Counted from the stretch's first letter, positions 50,120-64,000 are shown. The stretch is 64,000 nt of DNA from Octopus sinensis (GCF_006345805.1 NC_043008.1:11036001-11100000), one strand, 5' to 3'. A program made the numbers and translations. The notes: generated by a model not told the origin, from the letters alone.

Positions 50120-50715
50120 TTAATCATCTCCGAAAGCATGAAAGGCAAAGTCAATCTCGGTAGGATTTGAACTCAGAATTTAAGGACGTGCAAAATGCCG
50201 CTAGACACTTTGAGCGGCATGCTAACGACTCTATTATCAATAATGAAGGCGGCGAGCTGGCAGAAACGTTGGCACGTCGGGCGAAATGCTTGGCAGTAAT
50301 TCGTCTGCCGCTACGTTCTGAGTTCAAATTCCACCGAGGTCGACTTTGCCTTTCATCCTTTCGGGGTCGATTAAATAAGTACCACTTAGGCACTGGGGGT
50401 CGATATAATCGACTTAATCCGTTTGTCTCTCCTTGTTTGTCCTCTCTGTGTTTAACCCCGTGTGGGTAGTAAAGAAATAGGTATCTCGTCTGCCGTACGT
50501 TCTGAGTCCAAATTCCACCGAGGTCGACTTTGCTTTTCATCCTTTCGGGGTTGCTAAATTAAGTACCTGTTGCGTACTGGTGTTGATCTAATCGACTAGC
50601 CACCTCCCCCCAAAAAGGAGGAAAGTTATAGTCGACCTCGGTGTAATTTGAATTCAGAGCGTAAAGTCGGATGAAATGCCGCTGAGCACTTTGTCCGGCA
50701 TGGTAACGATTCTGC
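50120..50715. mobile_element. SINE A cluster: minus copy (50120-50235), plus two-unit array (50248-50615), minus copy (50630-50715)
   Basis: Array junction gaaata|ggtatctcgtctg at 50479|50480; the second unit ends with a tail-2-like ccacctccccccaaaa. Confidence 0.9.
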
Positions 50716-51659
50716 CATCAATGTTTCATATTGTAATATGTAATAACATTTCAAATAAGATTGGTTTGAAATAAAAACTTTTCGATGGAATAAAAATATA
50801 TTATTTGCCAATATAACTGCTTTCTCCTTCTCTTCTTCAAGTGAAGATTAATATTATAAATTTAATTTTAGTTTAGAAACTTCCAAAGTAATATCTGTAA
50901 CAATCATTTATAACTTCATTAGTTGGTAATCGTAATTTTCTTTATAGACACAGTTTCAATAGCAATTTTCCATTTTCTGAAGCTGTTTCGTGTGATTTGA
51001 ACCTCTGTTTATTATTGGAAAATAACAGGTATTTTGTCCAATTTCCAGCGATACACACTTAGGTAAATAGGTAAATATTTTGAATCTATTCTCCAATACG
51101 GTAACGAAATCAAAGACATTATTTCAGTTTGATTGTTGAATAATAAAGCTTATGATTTATTCTGTCTGATTTAAATGTTAATCAAACGAATAAAACTAAG
51201 AAAATGCGGTATATTCTAAAGAAAATATACCCCATTGTGTTAAAAGCAATCATGATAAAGATAATTTAATCTAAATTAGGAGAATATTAAAGCAGGAATT
51301 AGGATTTTACCTGATCTTATTTTAAGTCAAAATTATCGCCTGTATGAAAACGTTTAACAATTCTAACCTATGAAGAATATTCAAATGCGAACTATTTTCT
51401 TAAATTTCAGAAAATTTTAGAATATCTGATGGAAAAAAAAAATCAAACCATTATATAAAAAAATGTTATAAAAAATTTTCGGATATTAATAATTGATATA
51501 ATCATAAAAAGACAATAATAGATTGTTGATAAGGCAAAGTATAGGAAGACAATTTGGAGCAGAATGTTGCTATATACATGATTTCTAAGTTTCTAGAAAA
51601 TTACGAGTTGAAGTCAAAAATTATCTGCACTTTAGCCATAATGTATCTTTATTATCCCA

Positions 51660-52065
51660 CACCGCCTTCTGCGTGTGCGTGATTATAGTTGGTTCTATTG
51701 TGGTCACGTGATCGGAGTTTCAGCCTGATCGCGCCATTTTTCTTCCTTGCTTTACTGTGTAAGTGTGGTCGCTCCACTAGCAGTGTGTATCAAAGAAGAA
51801 CGAAAAGTAGTGATCCGATTTCTCTGGTCGAAAGGTCTGTCAGGTGCTGTAATTCATCAGAAGCCTTTAGCACACTAAGGGGACACTACACTACCGCATA
51901 GAAGTGTGTATCAATAGATCGAGAAGTTTAAATGTGGCTGCAAAATGCGTGACGCACAAAGCAGGAGCAGGTGACCCGTCAATTTCCACCACTGACGAGA
52001 AGATTCAGCAAGCTCAAGAGATGGCAGTGGTGAACCGATTCACTATTACCATCTCTCGGATCACT
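51660..52065 (+). mobile_element. Mariner transposase N-terminal (HTH) remnant
   Basis: APLAVCIKEERKVVIRFLWSKGLSGAVIHQK...GDTTLPHRSVYQ*IEKF...VTHKAGAGDPSISTTDEKIQQAQEM..NR; frameshifts and stops. Confidence 0.85.
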
Positions 52066-52330
52066 GCTCTTTGTTCTTCTTTGGTGCACATTACTAGTGG
52101 AGCGGTCATGTAAAATCAACATATCGCATCATTAGACATTTCAGTGATGAGCGGTTACAGTGACGTGTGGTAGAAAATAATGGTTACGTAAAAACTATGG
52201 GATGGAACAGAAAGCCAATTCAAAATATAACAAATTTTTTTAAAGGACAAAATACGAATAAACCGGCTCAACTTATACGAACAACTTTTAGATAAAACTT
52301 GTCACCAAGAAAGATTGTTTGTTGTTTGTT

Positions 52331-52604
52331 CCTTCTCGAGCCACGCCTGGCTCATTAGGGCCGGTTTCCCAGTTTCCTTGGCGTATAGTTTCCTTGTCGC
52401 AAGTGAGCTGCAAGATGCAGGAGGAAAGACTGAGAGGAAGTTGTGGCGAAAGAGTCAGCAGAAGTTCGGCTTTACCTTCTGCCGGAACCGCGTGAAGTTT
52501 AGGTGTTTCGCTCATAAACACACACACCTGCCCGGTCTGATATTCGAACCCGCGATCCCTCGACCGCGAGTGCGCTGCTCTATCCACTAGGCCATCTGCC
52601 TCCA
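52331..52604 (-). mobile_element. SINE family C variant (V-type tail with the central V segment missing)
   Basis: ggtggaggcagatggcctagtggatagagcagcg...gggttcgaatatcagacc...gggaaaccggccctaatgagccaggcgtggctcgagaagg. Confidence 0.8.
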
Positions 52605-52840
52605 CCACCAAGAAAGATAGTCGACGTATAATCCAAAATATTTTTTCGAAGAGATGCATGGTAAATATAAGCTAGCAATGAATTTTTATAAAATAACATG
52701 TCTGCACCCATAACTGTTTGAGCTCAGTATAAATTAAAGTGTCATTAAGTTGTCCATTTGCGATATTCATTAATACAGAAAGTGATCAACCAAGGTAAAA
52801 ATAATATAAGCAAATGAACATTTGAGTTGTTAATATATAC

Positions 52841-53252
52841 TCTTACTCTTTACTCTTTTACTTGTTTCAGTCAATTGACTGCAGCCATGCTGGAGCACCA
52901 CCTTTAATCTAGCAACTCGACCCCGGGACTTATTCTTTGTAAGCCCAGTACTTATTCTATCGTCTCTTTTGCCGAACCGCTAAGTAACGGGGACATAAAC
53001 ACACCAGCATTGGTTGTCAAGCAATGCTAGGGGGACAAATACAGACACACAAACACATACACCCATATATATATATATATACATATATACGACGGGCTTC
53101 TTTCAGTTTCCGTCTACCAAATCCACTCACAAGGCTTTGGTCGGCCCGAGGCTATAGTAGAAGACACTTGCCCAAGCTGCCACGCAGTGGGACTGAACCC
53201 GGAACCATGTGGTTGGTAAACAAGCTACTTATCACACAGCCGCTCCTGCGCC
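52841..53252 (-). mobile_element. SINE family B, full length
   Basis: Reverse complement of ggcgcaggagcggctgtgtgataag...ggcagcttgggcaagtgtctt...; tail (agagtaa)n. Confidence 0.93.
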
Positions 53253-53280
53253 TCAGTTATTAATTAATGCAGCTCTTAAT

Positions 53281-53495
53281 TGCGAGGGGTGTTGAAAATT
53301 TCCTGCCTTTCGGTAAAAGAAAATACAAATATGGTTAATTGTGCTGTTATCCAGCATATTCTCCTCTCAGATTCATACACTTATTGCGGTAGTCCTTCAG
53401 TTTTTCTAAGCCCTGTAAAAGCACTCGAACGTTTGGGCGACCAACCACACCTTTTATGATACCTTAAACCCACGAACTTTTCAGCACTTCTTGTA
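53281..53495. mobile_element. Mariner-type MITE
   Basis: Degenerate 30-bp TIRs: tgcgaggggtgttgaaaatttcctgccttt vs tacaagaagtgctgaaaagttcgtgggttt (21/30). Confidence 0.7.
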
Positions 53496-55069
53496 ATAGT
53501 AAAGCTAAAGTATGTAAATTGAAATAAAGCTATACTTTGTTTGAGTCGGTGTTTGGTTTGATTTTCTCATATTTTATAAACATATTAGGTTGTTCCTACC
53601 AGATATGTAAATCTCTATGTTATTATATGCTGTAATCTCAAATTAAATTACGTTAAACTTACAAATTACAATTTTCTCAAGAAAGCCAAGACAAAAAAAT
53701 GTTTTATTTTGACACAATCTACCAGTATACGAAGTTTAAAAGTGTTTAGTTAACTAGAAATTGTGTTGAAATTGTGTTGAAATTGTGAGGAAAAGATCTT
53801 AGATTCCATTTAGAAATATAGCAGAACTATCTAAAAATGCGAGAGAGAGACATTAACGTATTATAAACTGGCAATGGTTATATATATTTTTTTTTGGGCT
53901 TTCGTTGTTATTTTATTTATATTAATACATTCAACGCTACGACTAACTGCAATGGTAGTCAGGAAGAAAACGACTAGCTATATTGTTTTGCAACAGATAC
54001 AGCATCATACTGTTTTTGTTAATGAAATAAATATAGTTGTTAGTTTGTAGCAGCAAGGAACGGAATTCTATTTCGAAAATTGTTCCGTAGTACTGGTGCA
54101 ATTCAAAAGTCTGTTTATACTGTTAGAATTTACTTCTGCTTGGAATTTTCTAAATTGAACGGTTCTGCTGCTTTATTATGGAGATTGACTTTCTCTCGAA
54201 AATTATGTAACATATGCAATTGAAAGATAAAGATTATATCGATTGGTCAGTCCTCATGAATTTACATGAATGTAGTTAGTCTATGAAGTATATGATGCAG
54301 ATGAGAAAGTAATGAAATTTAAGTTTTGATCAACTTGATAATATATATTTGCATGTGTATGTGGATATTTACTTTATTTTACAAAGAACGAGAGGCTACG
54401 CTGCATGGTAATGTGAGAGAAGTTAAGATTTAGATTCCTGCACACGTCATGTTTCCAACCATCAAACATTCTACATCAGTAGATATATTGATGTCATGTT
54501 CCTGCATGTATTTGTCAATAACATAGACTTTATCTTCACCAATGAGTTACTTTTACCAAGTTTCTTCAAAAGAGTTATTATTATAGGGGCTGAAAGTTAG
54601 CAATAGAGCAATACATTAAACAGATGTAAAGCAAACTGATTGTGGAATCTCCGTCGGTGTCGACGATGAACATTCGATTGTTTGACCATTTGAATTCCTA
54701 GTTGTAAAATCGTCTTTTTCACTTACTTCTAGAAATGACACGAGAACTATCTGATGTGGTAGCTTCGCAGATCTTCTTCATCATCCTTTATCATAAAGCA
54801 AAATAACCTTTACCTCCATCCGTATTAAAGGTACTTTTAACTCATTTAAATATCAGTTACAACGGATAGCGATGATTCTCCTGCGCTTTTCTTCTCTACC
54901 CTCTAATATTTCTATTAGCATACCATCATTCCCTGGGAGTTTATCTCTCTTCATCAGCTTTAAAGGATGCTCGATTTCATTAAGCAAAATAAATGAACCC
55001 CTTCCAAATCATGTGATTGTAGAGCATCAGGCGTTCGTGATAATTTAAAAACTTTGCTGTAAATTGTTT

Positions 55070-55330
55070 CGCAGATTTCTTCCACCTCCATCTTCTTCGT
55101 CACACTTAAACCTTCCTTTGATCCTGAGCCTCGTCATATAGATTTATGTAATGCCATCTTTCTACTACATCTCTTTAGACTCATTCTCTCTTCTGGGACC
55201 CACAGCATCATTTTCAGTCGATAGTTCTCGACGTGTCTTTCTAGATGATGTCTTATCACTTTGTTGACAACGGAATACTTCGAGTGAATTTCTGTTTCCT
55301 CCGAAATCCGCTCGTTCTTCCCCTGAAAGT
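55070..55330 (-). mobile_element. Possible very old RTE LINE 3' end
   Basis: HLERHVENYRLKMMLWVPEERMSL loosely resembles the RTE post-RT GH..R...R..K....W.P motif. Confidence 0.3.
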
Positions 55331-56379
55331 TTTCAATTCTCACTTCTCACATGCAACTTCATATTTTCTGAATCTGTGATTCACAACCTTTATCAGTTTT
55401 TATAACTCATTTCTATTATCCATTTGCAACTGCGACACATCTAAGACCTGGGTTCTTCATCAAGATGTGCTGACTTTTTTTCTCTAATCACGTCGATGAA
55501 AATGTATCAACATTTCTACTCATTAAAAATATATGTAAATAATTTAGCGAACATATATTGTCATTAATTTTTGTAAAGTGTTAGAGCATTCATGTTTTCT
55601 ACAATCACTAAGGATTCTATATAATAGACCTTTATTTTATAACAATTCATCAATACATTTATCTTCTTTACGCGTGGCAGTTGTGTCGTATTCTAGTCTA
55701 CTTAAAGTAGTAGAGTGGAGTTAGTTATTTTTTTATTTTTGACTTCGTATCCTCAATTCCGTGGCTTCCATTTTATTATATCGCAAAATTCATTGTTTAA
55801 AAGAGCATTTTTCTGTATTTCTACCTGTTAATTTACTCCTTGAACTCTTATCAGTTTTTGTTTGTTTTTCTTTCCATATATTAGATGTTGATTTTTTACT
55901 CAAGTTTATATCATGTAATTAAATTTGTCACTAATTATTGTCATTATAAATAAAGTTATAATAGAAATCAATACAATAACACTCAAAAATGTTTCATTGC
56001 AATTTTCTGAACAAAGGGCATTGTCACTTTTTCACAGGTTTTTCCTCTTGTATTGTTAGCCGAGTAGCTTCTAGATAATTATATGGAAAATTCAATGTCC
56101 AAATGAGTATCTTAGAGTCGTTATATCAATGAAATATTTCTAATACTGCATTTATTATTTTTATTAGGCAGTTAGTTATGAGACTAATTTCATTCATTGT
56201 GATGCCATGTATACATCATAAGTGGAAGTGTGATTAACACCGAATTTCTGTTATTATAAGAGAGCAGATTTTACCAATACTGGAAAATGATTCTAATTAT
56301 ATTGTTCTTCAGACATGACCAAAAGCGGTAGAATGTTCAATTACTTTTCACACTGGGATGCTCTCACATATTCTGTACT

Positions 56380-56720
56380 ACGTTTTACTCTCTTCCCCGC
56401 TCCTTGTCCCATTATATGCGTTGGTGACGCCCATCTCCAGAATAGCCCCAACTATTTGCCCCGTCAGCAGGTTCATCAATGGTCGCCCTGGTTCCGTCAA
56501 TGAATAGTACACAACTCATGTCTGACGTCATGTACTTTTGGACCCATTAAAGCCTCAAACTCTTGTGAGCAGGCAGATTCAGGGGTTCCCGCACGGAAGC
56601 TATTGTCCCGAGGATGCGATTTCTGGTGGTTTTCGGTATATGTAGAAGTCCGGTGGTTTTGCTTTTTGTCCAGGTTCCACACGTAACTTGCGGCAAATAT
56701 TCCTTAAATATAATGGTTTC
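56380..56720 (-). mobile_element. Tc1-type transposase remnant
   Basis: TIASVREPLNLPAHKSLRL*WVQKYMTSDMSCVLFIDGTRATIDEPADGANSWGYSGDGRHQRI*; resembles Tc1 W.KKY...D...VLFTDE.RATLDGPDGW...RRQQGGG. Confidence 0.75.
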
Positions 56721-58150
56721 TTCCCGCTTAATGTTAACTCTTTTAGCGTTGTCTTATTAAACCAATGTATTTGAAATCTGAGCTGTTTATATTCATCAAT
56801 TATGACCCAGACCAGTTGTAGTTTCCGGCAGAGATATTTACCATATATTTTATTAATAAGAACAAAAACTTAACAGAATTGCCATCAATCAATAAAATAC
56901 TGTTAAGACAATGAATATTTTCAGTAAAAGGACAAACGAAAAACACACACACTTCATGAGTTTTATAAGTTGTAAATCTGATACATATTTAACTCCCTTA
57001 AATCTTCATAACCACCAGAATAAAATAATAGATGATATATTAGAAGTAGGGTTGTAATCGATAAAAGTGTTTTGTTAAGGACAGTTTATTTCACATAATT
57101 TACATAAAAGAAATTGACATCGAGAACACTTTCTGATAACAAAGATACATAATTTAGTAAGTGGTCTCGAATGTTCAAACTATACACCATTATTATTTCT
57201 CGCTACCAGAATCTTATAAGTTTGTATAGGAAACTGATTCAATATGCTTAGGTTCAATGTTTAGGCATCACTCTTTCACGTCGAATAACCATGTTTTTGT
57301 CTCACTGCTATTATTGTGTTTCTCCTCTTTAATTTTAGTGACAATGGAATTTTCAATTTCATTAGTTCATTCTATTAAGGTTGTTACATAAGATTTAATC
57401 TTATTAAAATCGAATGGCGTGCTTTCTTTTTAAACCCTGTACAATGTACTTTCGATCAAAGAGAAGAAATCTCTTTGATCGTCTTCTTTTATCGTGTTAT
57501 TGTTCGAATAGTAATTTTAATACCCACGTTTTATTATACTTAAAGACATTTTATAATTACTGATATCTCTAACATCAAGTGACGTATATTTATCTTCAGG
57601 ACTGAAGCTTCAATATATTCATAGTTAAACAATCAGAATTTATTCTGCAGAAAATATTTAGACCCTGCTGTCTCTAGATTCTTTTAATGGCAGTCTCAAT
57701 GAATGTATTATAAGAAGTACACACAAAATTAATAACGCTGATAAACATAGGGTATAATAAAGAAGGCATAAACTGTATCTTTGCTAATTTTTCAATGCAA
57801 AAAGAAAGTGAGCTTAATGTTCCTGAGAACGAACATCTTTCTAAATATTGATATTCAAAAAATATCGGGTACTTGACAGTAAAGCAGATAAGAAAACAAA
57901 CTCACTAGAAATGGACAGCCATATAAATAGGCGTGTATGCACATACGCATTTATTAATATACATATACTATACACATACACACACACACACAAGCGCATA
58001 CACACACACAGACGCTCTCTCTCTCTCTTTCTAGCTCTCTCTCGCACACACACAAAGAATAAATTACAAATTAAAAGCAGCGCTGGTAGTGTAGACATTA
58101 TCGATCGCGCATACACAACACATGTGTTTTGCTTATTCCTCGAATTCTGA

Positions 58151-58360
58151 TGCGGGATAGCATTTAGGGAGACTCCCTAATGACGCTCCGTGTTAAACCA
58201 CCTGAACGTTATAGACCAGGCGAGAAAATTCACCTCGGCGAAATATCGGTATCCGCCTATCTTGGGTTCGATCCGAAGCGAGCTGCCTCGCTTCGTCTAT
58301 GATTTTCAGGTGTTTTAACACCCAGCCTTATTAGGGAGCCTTCTAAATGCTGTCCCGCAG
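58151..58360. mobile_element. MITE with ~65-bp TIRs and an internal hairpin
   Basis: Left arm tgcgggatagcatttaggg...cacctgaacgttatagac vs reverse complement of the right arm tgcgggacagcatttagaagg...cacctgaaaatcatagac (~82% identical); internal cgaagcgag-ctgc-ctcgcttcg. Confidence 0.8.
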
Positions 58361-58411
58361 TAAATAAGCATATAAAGAACGCGCACACATTGTGTATGTG
58401 CGATCGATAAT

Positions 58412-58472
<61 letters not shown>

Positions 58473-58505
58473 CATGCATATATGTATGTATGTACGTATG
58501 TATAT

Positions 58506-58539
<34 letters not shown>

Positions 58540-59884
58540 AACATAATAAGATAGGGTAATAATAAATTATCATTACCAGTGGCCTAGCACAAAAGACGAA
58601 TTAGTCATTAGACTATATATTATTCATATAGAAATACAATAAGAGGTTTCCAAATAAGGAAGCGTTGTGCTAGAAACACAAAAAGGGATAAATTCATGAA
58701 AGGAATGAAAATTAAAAACATTTACCATCTCAACTATATTCCAGAAATATATATATATATATATATATTATGCGTGTGTTTGTATGACTATAAGTGTGAA
58801 TATAAGAATATATATATAATATAAGACTATGTGGACTCACATTTTAACAAGAATTTATACTCATATATACAAGGAAAGGTGATCTCAGAAACATTGCAGC
58901 GACATTATAGAATCTACGCAAGGCATCGATATATACCGAAGGGTAGTTACTTCTGCCAGACTATTTCATTAGTGAAACAATAGGCATATAAAGACGGAGT
59001 TTGTGACGTGTTCAACCGAATGCCAGAAATAATATAAATTTACAGTTTCTGTTGAAGAAATTCTTGCAAGATATGGGACCTTTCACTCAGTCATATCGAA
59101 ATTATGAAGACATGATTCAATAAATATCTCTGTTAAACATTTTAGAAGGTTATAAATCATAATAGATGACAGCATAGAAATTGTATTGGTCTTAGTCTTT
59201 TCTAATGTTATTGGTATAAGATGTACAGCAAGGAGAACCATTTACGAATTTGAATTCCTACTGGAGTAAATCTTTATTGGAAAACATCCCATTCTCGACA
59301 TAAATTTCATAACTTATAAGCATAATTCATAATTCTTCTTATTATGTTCTATTTCACTCTATCGTTTGTTATATTTGACAATTATTAAATATGCTTTATT
59401 CTTACATTTTAACCACGCGAAATGTTTGTCGGACATTCCGAATTTGAATGCTAAAGTAAGAATATAATATACCCTTTAAAATAAACTCCTTTAAACTGAT
59501 AATAATGAAATCATGTTTTCCTGTCATATTTATTTACTTGCTGAACCTTTATAATTCCATAATGCCCGACATAATTACTGTATGCTTAACGAAAAGAAGA
59601 TTAAGTTTAATTGAACCCTAATTCATAAATGCATTAAAACTTGATCTGTTATCCAGGAAAATTAAAACATGTACACTGAGAGACCCCTGTGTGGTCGATC
59701 GAACTTTCAGATAGAACTGTAAATTTGACTCAGATTTAATTCCTGAGCAATTTTGCTGCAGTGTCTACCAAGATAGAGATGGGAGTAAAATTATTATTAG
59801 AGAAACGAAAATAAAACCGTCTAAATGATGATAATCGAGAAAGGCTTGAACGTCAACGTAAGATGGTAATCATGTAAGGTAAAT

Positions 59885-60081
59885 ATATCAAATAATCCAG
59901 AACCCTTGTCCGGTACGGGATCGATCCTAAAATCTAATAAGTTTGTGCCAGTCACGAGGCCAAACATCCCTGAAAGTTTCATCCGACTCCATCCGTAGTT
60001 CTTGAGATATCTTGTCCACGGACAAACGAACAAACACGACTGAAAACAATACCTCCGCTTTCGCTAAGGCAGAGGTGATAA
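59885..60081 (-). mobile_element. Non-autonomous interspersed repeat (HINE/DINE-like or other DNA element)
   Basis: Terminal hairpin acctctgccttagcgaaagcggaggt followed by attgttttcagtcgtgtttgttcgtttgtccgtggacaagatatctc; class assigned from recognition only. Confidence 0.45.
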
Positions 60082-60204
60082 GAAACATAAAGGTAGAGCA
60101 CATTAACATTTGTTTCTGTAACCCTACTGCGTAATTTCGTGCACAAAGAAATACAAAACGCATATATAATCATAACAACGTTCCATATTTAAATAAATAA
60201 ATAT

Positions 60205-60565
60205 AAATCATCCTCATCTAACATCCGTTTTCCATGCTGGCACGGGTTGGATGATTTGACTGAAAACTGATCAGCCAGGGAGCTGCTCCAGGCTCCGATC
60301 TGATCTGGCAAACTTTCTACGGCTACCCACTCCGAGAGTGTAGTGGGTTGTCTTTACGTGCCACTGGCACGAGTGCCATTGATTTGACACCGGCAACGGC
60401 CGCAACTACGGTCTCACTTGGCTTGAGAAGTCTACACAAGTACGGTATATCGTCAAAGGTCTCACACACCTGTCACTGCTTCCTTGAGGCCCAACAATCG
60501 AAAAGTGCGTTTTTACGTGCCACGGACAGGGGTGCCAGAAAGACGGCACTGGCATCGGCCATGAC
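60205..60565 (+). mobile_element. Interspersed repeat with duplicated tttacgtgccac-ggcac motif (RTE-X-related non-autonomous type)
   Basis: catccgttttccatgctggcacgggttggatg..., tttacgtgccac repeated at ~60353 and ~60511. Confidence 0.5.
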
Positions 60566-61225
60566 TAAACATACGCGCGGGCGGCGTGTGCGTGTGAGTA
60601 TGTATGCGTGTGTGTATGTGAGCGCGTGTGTATATATGTGTGAGTGTATGTATGCGTGTGTGTGTATGTGAGCGTGTGAATGTCAGCGAGTTTTTATTTG
60701 TGTCGGCATGTAAAAAAGTATATTTCAAAAAATTTGGTTTAAAGTTTAAAGAAGATTCCCATGAAAGCTTGTGGTTGCAAGATATGGAAAGATATAAATT
60801 TCTCAGTGGCTGGAGAGGAGAGGACAAATATTTGGAATAAAAAAAAAACCAAGGCGGTTCCCGAAGGTAAAAGACAAAAGAAAAAAGAAATAAAAGATGG
60901 CAAGACAAGATTAGGGAACATAAACAAAGAAAAAAAATTAAAATAATGCAGTAGTAAAGAAACAAAAACAATTGAGAAATAAGATGGAAGCAGGGGAGAA
61001 ATGAGTTTCTTCACTGGTAACATTTCAACAAAATTTACATAGTTTATTCGCCTGATAAATCAGAGAAATACCAATACATTTCGAATAAGACAATATATAG
61101 TAAATATATGGTAAATAATGACTTGGGGTAAATAAAAACAACTCGCCTCTGCCCCAAATTTCAAGCCTTGCGTCTATATTGGAAATGGAATACCATATAT
61201 ATACAAATGTTTATAGACACACACA

Positions 61226-61309
<84 letters not shown>

Positions 61310-61525
61310 TATATATATAAAACTACACATATGCAGTTGGCGATTTCTTTTCCTTCCTTTGGACCTTTTCTTTTCTCCTTTCCGACGAAGAGCTTTGCAC
61401 GAAACGTCAAAATCTCTCTCTTTTTACTGAGCGTTAAACTAATGCGTTCCATGTGCACGTTCTCTTGCTTTGTTATTGCTAATTTTATTATCCGTTTATT
61501 TGAATTGACTATACACACACACACA

Positions 61526-61599
<74 letters not shown>

Positions 61600-61614
61600 T
61601 ATATATACGTATAT

Positions 61615-61960
61615 GTAAGAAAATAAAAACTGGGACAAGAACGCAAAACATTTAGAAGACGATACAAAAAACACGGACGGGACATCCGAAGCCTTCAATC
61701 TTCAGTCAAGAACCGGATCATCCTCGCAATTTCGGCTGATTAATCTTGAGATTGCTCCGATCTGGCCAGCCCCAAAAGAAAATCTAAGCCAAGCGCATTA
61801 GATTCCTTGGAAGAAAGCCTCGAATGTATACAAAACAAGGACGGAAAAACGGGCGATGTTACATGAATATAAATACAAAAATACGTAAAAACAATAAAGA
61901 TAATAATAATAACAAAAACAGGACGTCACAAACAGGCGTCTTTTCGACAGGACAAATATA
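61615..61960. repeat. Interspersed repeat flanked by (TA)n, class unassigned
   Basis: Unique CpG-containing ~350 bp between TA arrays, arranged like the 26.4 and 32.2 kb elements; no convincing hammerhead found. Confidence 0.4.
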
Positions 61961-62394
61961 TATATATGTATATATATATATATACAAACATATATATGTG
62001 TGTATGTAAATATGTGTGCATGTGAATATGTGTGTGTGTATTGTGTAGATGAGAAGGCAGAGGTGTTTAGTCTCTAGTGCTTATGTAATGGCTAATGACA
62101 TTAAGGGAATCCCATATACATCCACCATATTGCTGGTGATAATCTCAAAACGACTGAGACAATAAGCACCACCACCGCCGCCATCGTTCTAATCCTATTC
62201 AACATTACTACTGTTCAGTCCATATTTTTACTCACCTATTAGTACACTCTACTGTTTACTGCATCACGGTGGATAGTTAAAAGGTCTCTCAGGTTAATGG
62301 CTATAATATTCGGAAAAGTTCATATTTAACAGAGCCTGTTATAGCATCGGACGCTGTAAAATGGGTCCCGTAACTTTTTCATAAACTACACACT

Positions 62395-62559
62395 ATGTAT
62401 GTATGTATGTATGTATGTATGTATGTATGTATGTATGTATGTATGTATGTATGTACGTATGTTTGTATGTACGTATGTATGTATGTATGTATGTACGTAT
62501 GTATGTATGTATGTATCCATCCCTCTATGTAAGTATATATGTTTGTATGTATGTATATG

Positions 62560-62633
<74 letters not shown>

Positions 62634-62634
62634 C

Positions 62635-62665
<31 letters not shown>

Positions 62666-62824
62666 CTTACCTATCTACCTACCTACCTACCTACCTACCT
62701 ACCTACCTACCTACCTACCTATCAATCTATCTGTGTGTGTGCGTCTCTGTCAGGCTGTCAATGCATCCATCCATCCATCCATCCATCCATCTATCCATCC
62801 ATCCATCCATCCATCCATCCATCC

Positions 62825-62895
<71 letters not shown>

Positions 62896-62897
62896 AG
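62395..62897. repeat. Compound tetranucleotide microsatellite (TATG/TATC/TACC/CATC)
   Basis: Direct reading; the 285, 203 and 131 aa ORFs here are artefacts. Confidence 0.97.
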
Positions 62898-64000
62898 CTC
62901 ACGTATGCGTCTGTACGCGTGTGTGTGCGTATGAGTGTGTATGTGTGTGCCTTTGTATATGTGTATGTGTATTTTTATCTTCCTGGCGCATCTCATGTTT
63001 ATGCCCTTGGGTGAATCAATACACCAGTTTGTTATTCTATGAACATATTCATGAAATTAATATGCAATTGCAAACAAAGTTTTGCTTATATATGAGAAAC
63101 ATACATTTACATCACCACATCTACACTCATCCTCACAAACCCAATCAGTTTCACCATATCTTACACGTTTCTCTCAATGTTCAATGCACCGTGAAGTTAT
63201 CATTACATATTCTATGTTGTCCTACTCGAAATAAATTTTCCTTGTTTCCTGATTAGTAAATTTCTCAGCAATCAAGATACAGCTCGAGGGAAACCAGTCC
63301 TTTAATTGCGAATTATCAACAGAAAATATCACAAATGATTGATCAGTATTCTTTTAAAATCTCTCCTATATTTTAAATTGTTCTTCTCCAAGTATCTTAA
63401 GTATATTGACTTCAATCATTGTCTGTATTTATTTATTTGGTCTTTCATTTTTTGTGATTATTAATAACATTTACAATTATATCCGATACGTTATACAATA
63501 AAATAAACCGAAAAATCGCCAAAATATTGAACATGTAAATACGTAAAATATTAAAAGCATAGAAGAAACGGGGAAAAGAAACAGTAGAAAAATTCTTTTT
63601 CTAATTGTAATTGGTAATAAGCGGCTTTATATATCAAAGATTCGTTTGATGTAAAATGAAGATTGTTCTGTACAAGAAATAAAAGATTAAGAATAATTCA
63701 AAAATGATATAATTTTGAGTTTATAAAAGGCTGAAAATCTCTTATTAAAAAATTCTGCATTAATGAACTGGTGAACAAAGAATGATGTAAGTTTTAGTTC
63801 AGCTCAACACATTGGAAACTTAGCTGTGTGCTATTTCTTTCTAAATATTTTTACCATATCAAATGCAATACGATTTTGGTAAATTATTGAGTAGTATGCA
63901 ATAACGTTTGCTAATTGATTTGCCCTATTTTTTTGAGAAAATGCATGATTGTTATTGAATACTGACGGTAGCATGGACAAAATGTCTAATGAAGAAGCGA

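Noticed and set aside
61670-61720. CTGAAGA on the minus strand of the TA-flanked repeat
   Set aside because: Followed by GGAT instead of GAAA, with no room for stem III or stem I.
62399-63256. 285, 203 and 131 aa ORFs (MYVC/IYLS repeats), and the similar YIYI/HTHT ORFs throughout
   Set aside because: Translations of di- and tetranucleotide microsatellites.

Overview
AT-rich eukaryotic DNA packed with microsatellites, tRNA-derived SINEs and transposon debris. The SINE and repeat complement points to an octopus (coleoid cephalopod) genome; this is recognition, not a search result. No host protein-coding gene can be securely called, only a few isolated exon-like segments, so the window looks intronic or intergenic. 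The main element is a near full-length ~6.1 kb Tx1/L1-clade LINE (~32982-39060): ORF1 with a CCHC zinc knuckle, and ORF2 with APE, RT and a C-terminal zinc finger. It is broken almost only by small indels and is flanked by (TATC)n on both sides. Its last 44 nt match the 3' tail of the most abundant SINE here (34/44, ungapped). Clean TSDs of that SINE begin GGTAT or TATAT, and the SINE repeatedly sits at a GGTAT inside older copies of itself. Together these suggest a LINE-SINE pair with a shared tail and target preference. Also present: R4/Dong-clade fragments in (TAA)n arrays, a Penelope-like GIY-YIG fragment, two clear but core-damaged type I hammerhead ribozyme folds, several fold-back junctions, RTE, mariner and Tc1 remnants, MITEs, and a 3x188 bp tandem repeat.
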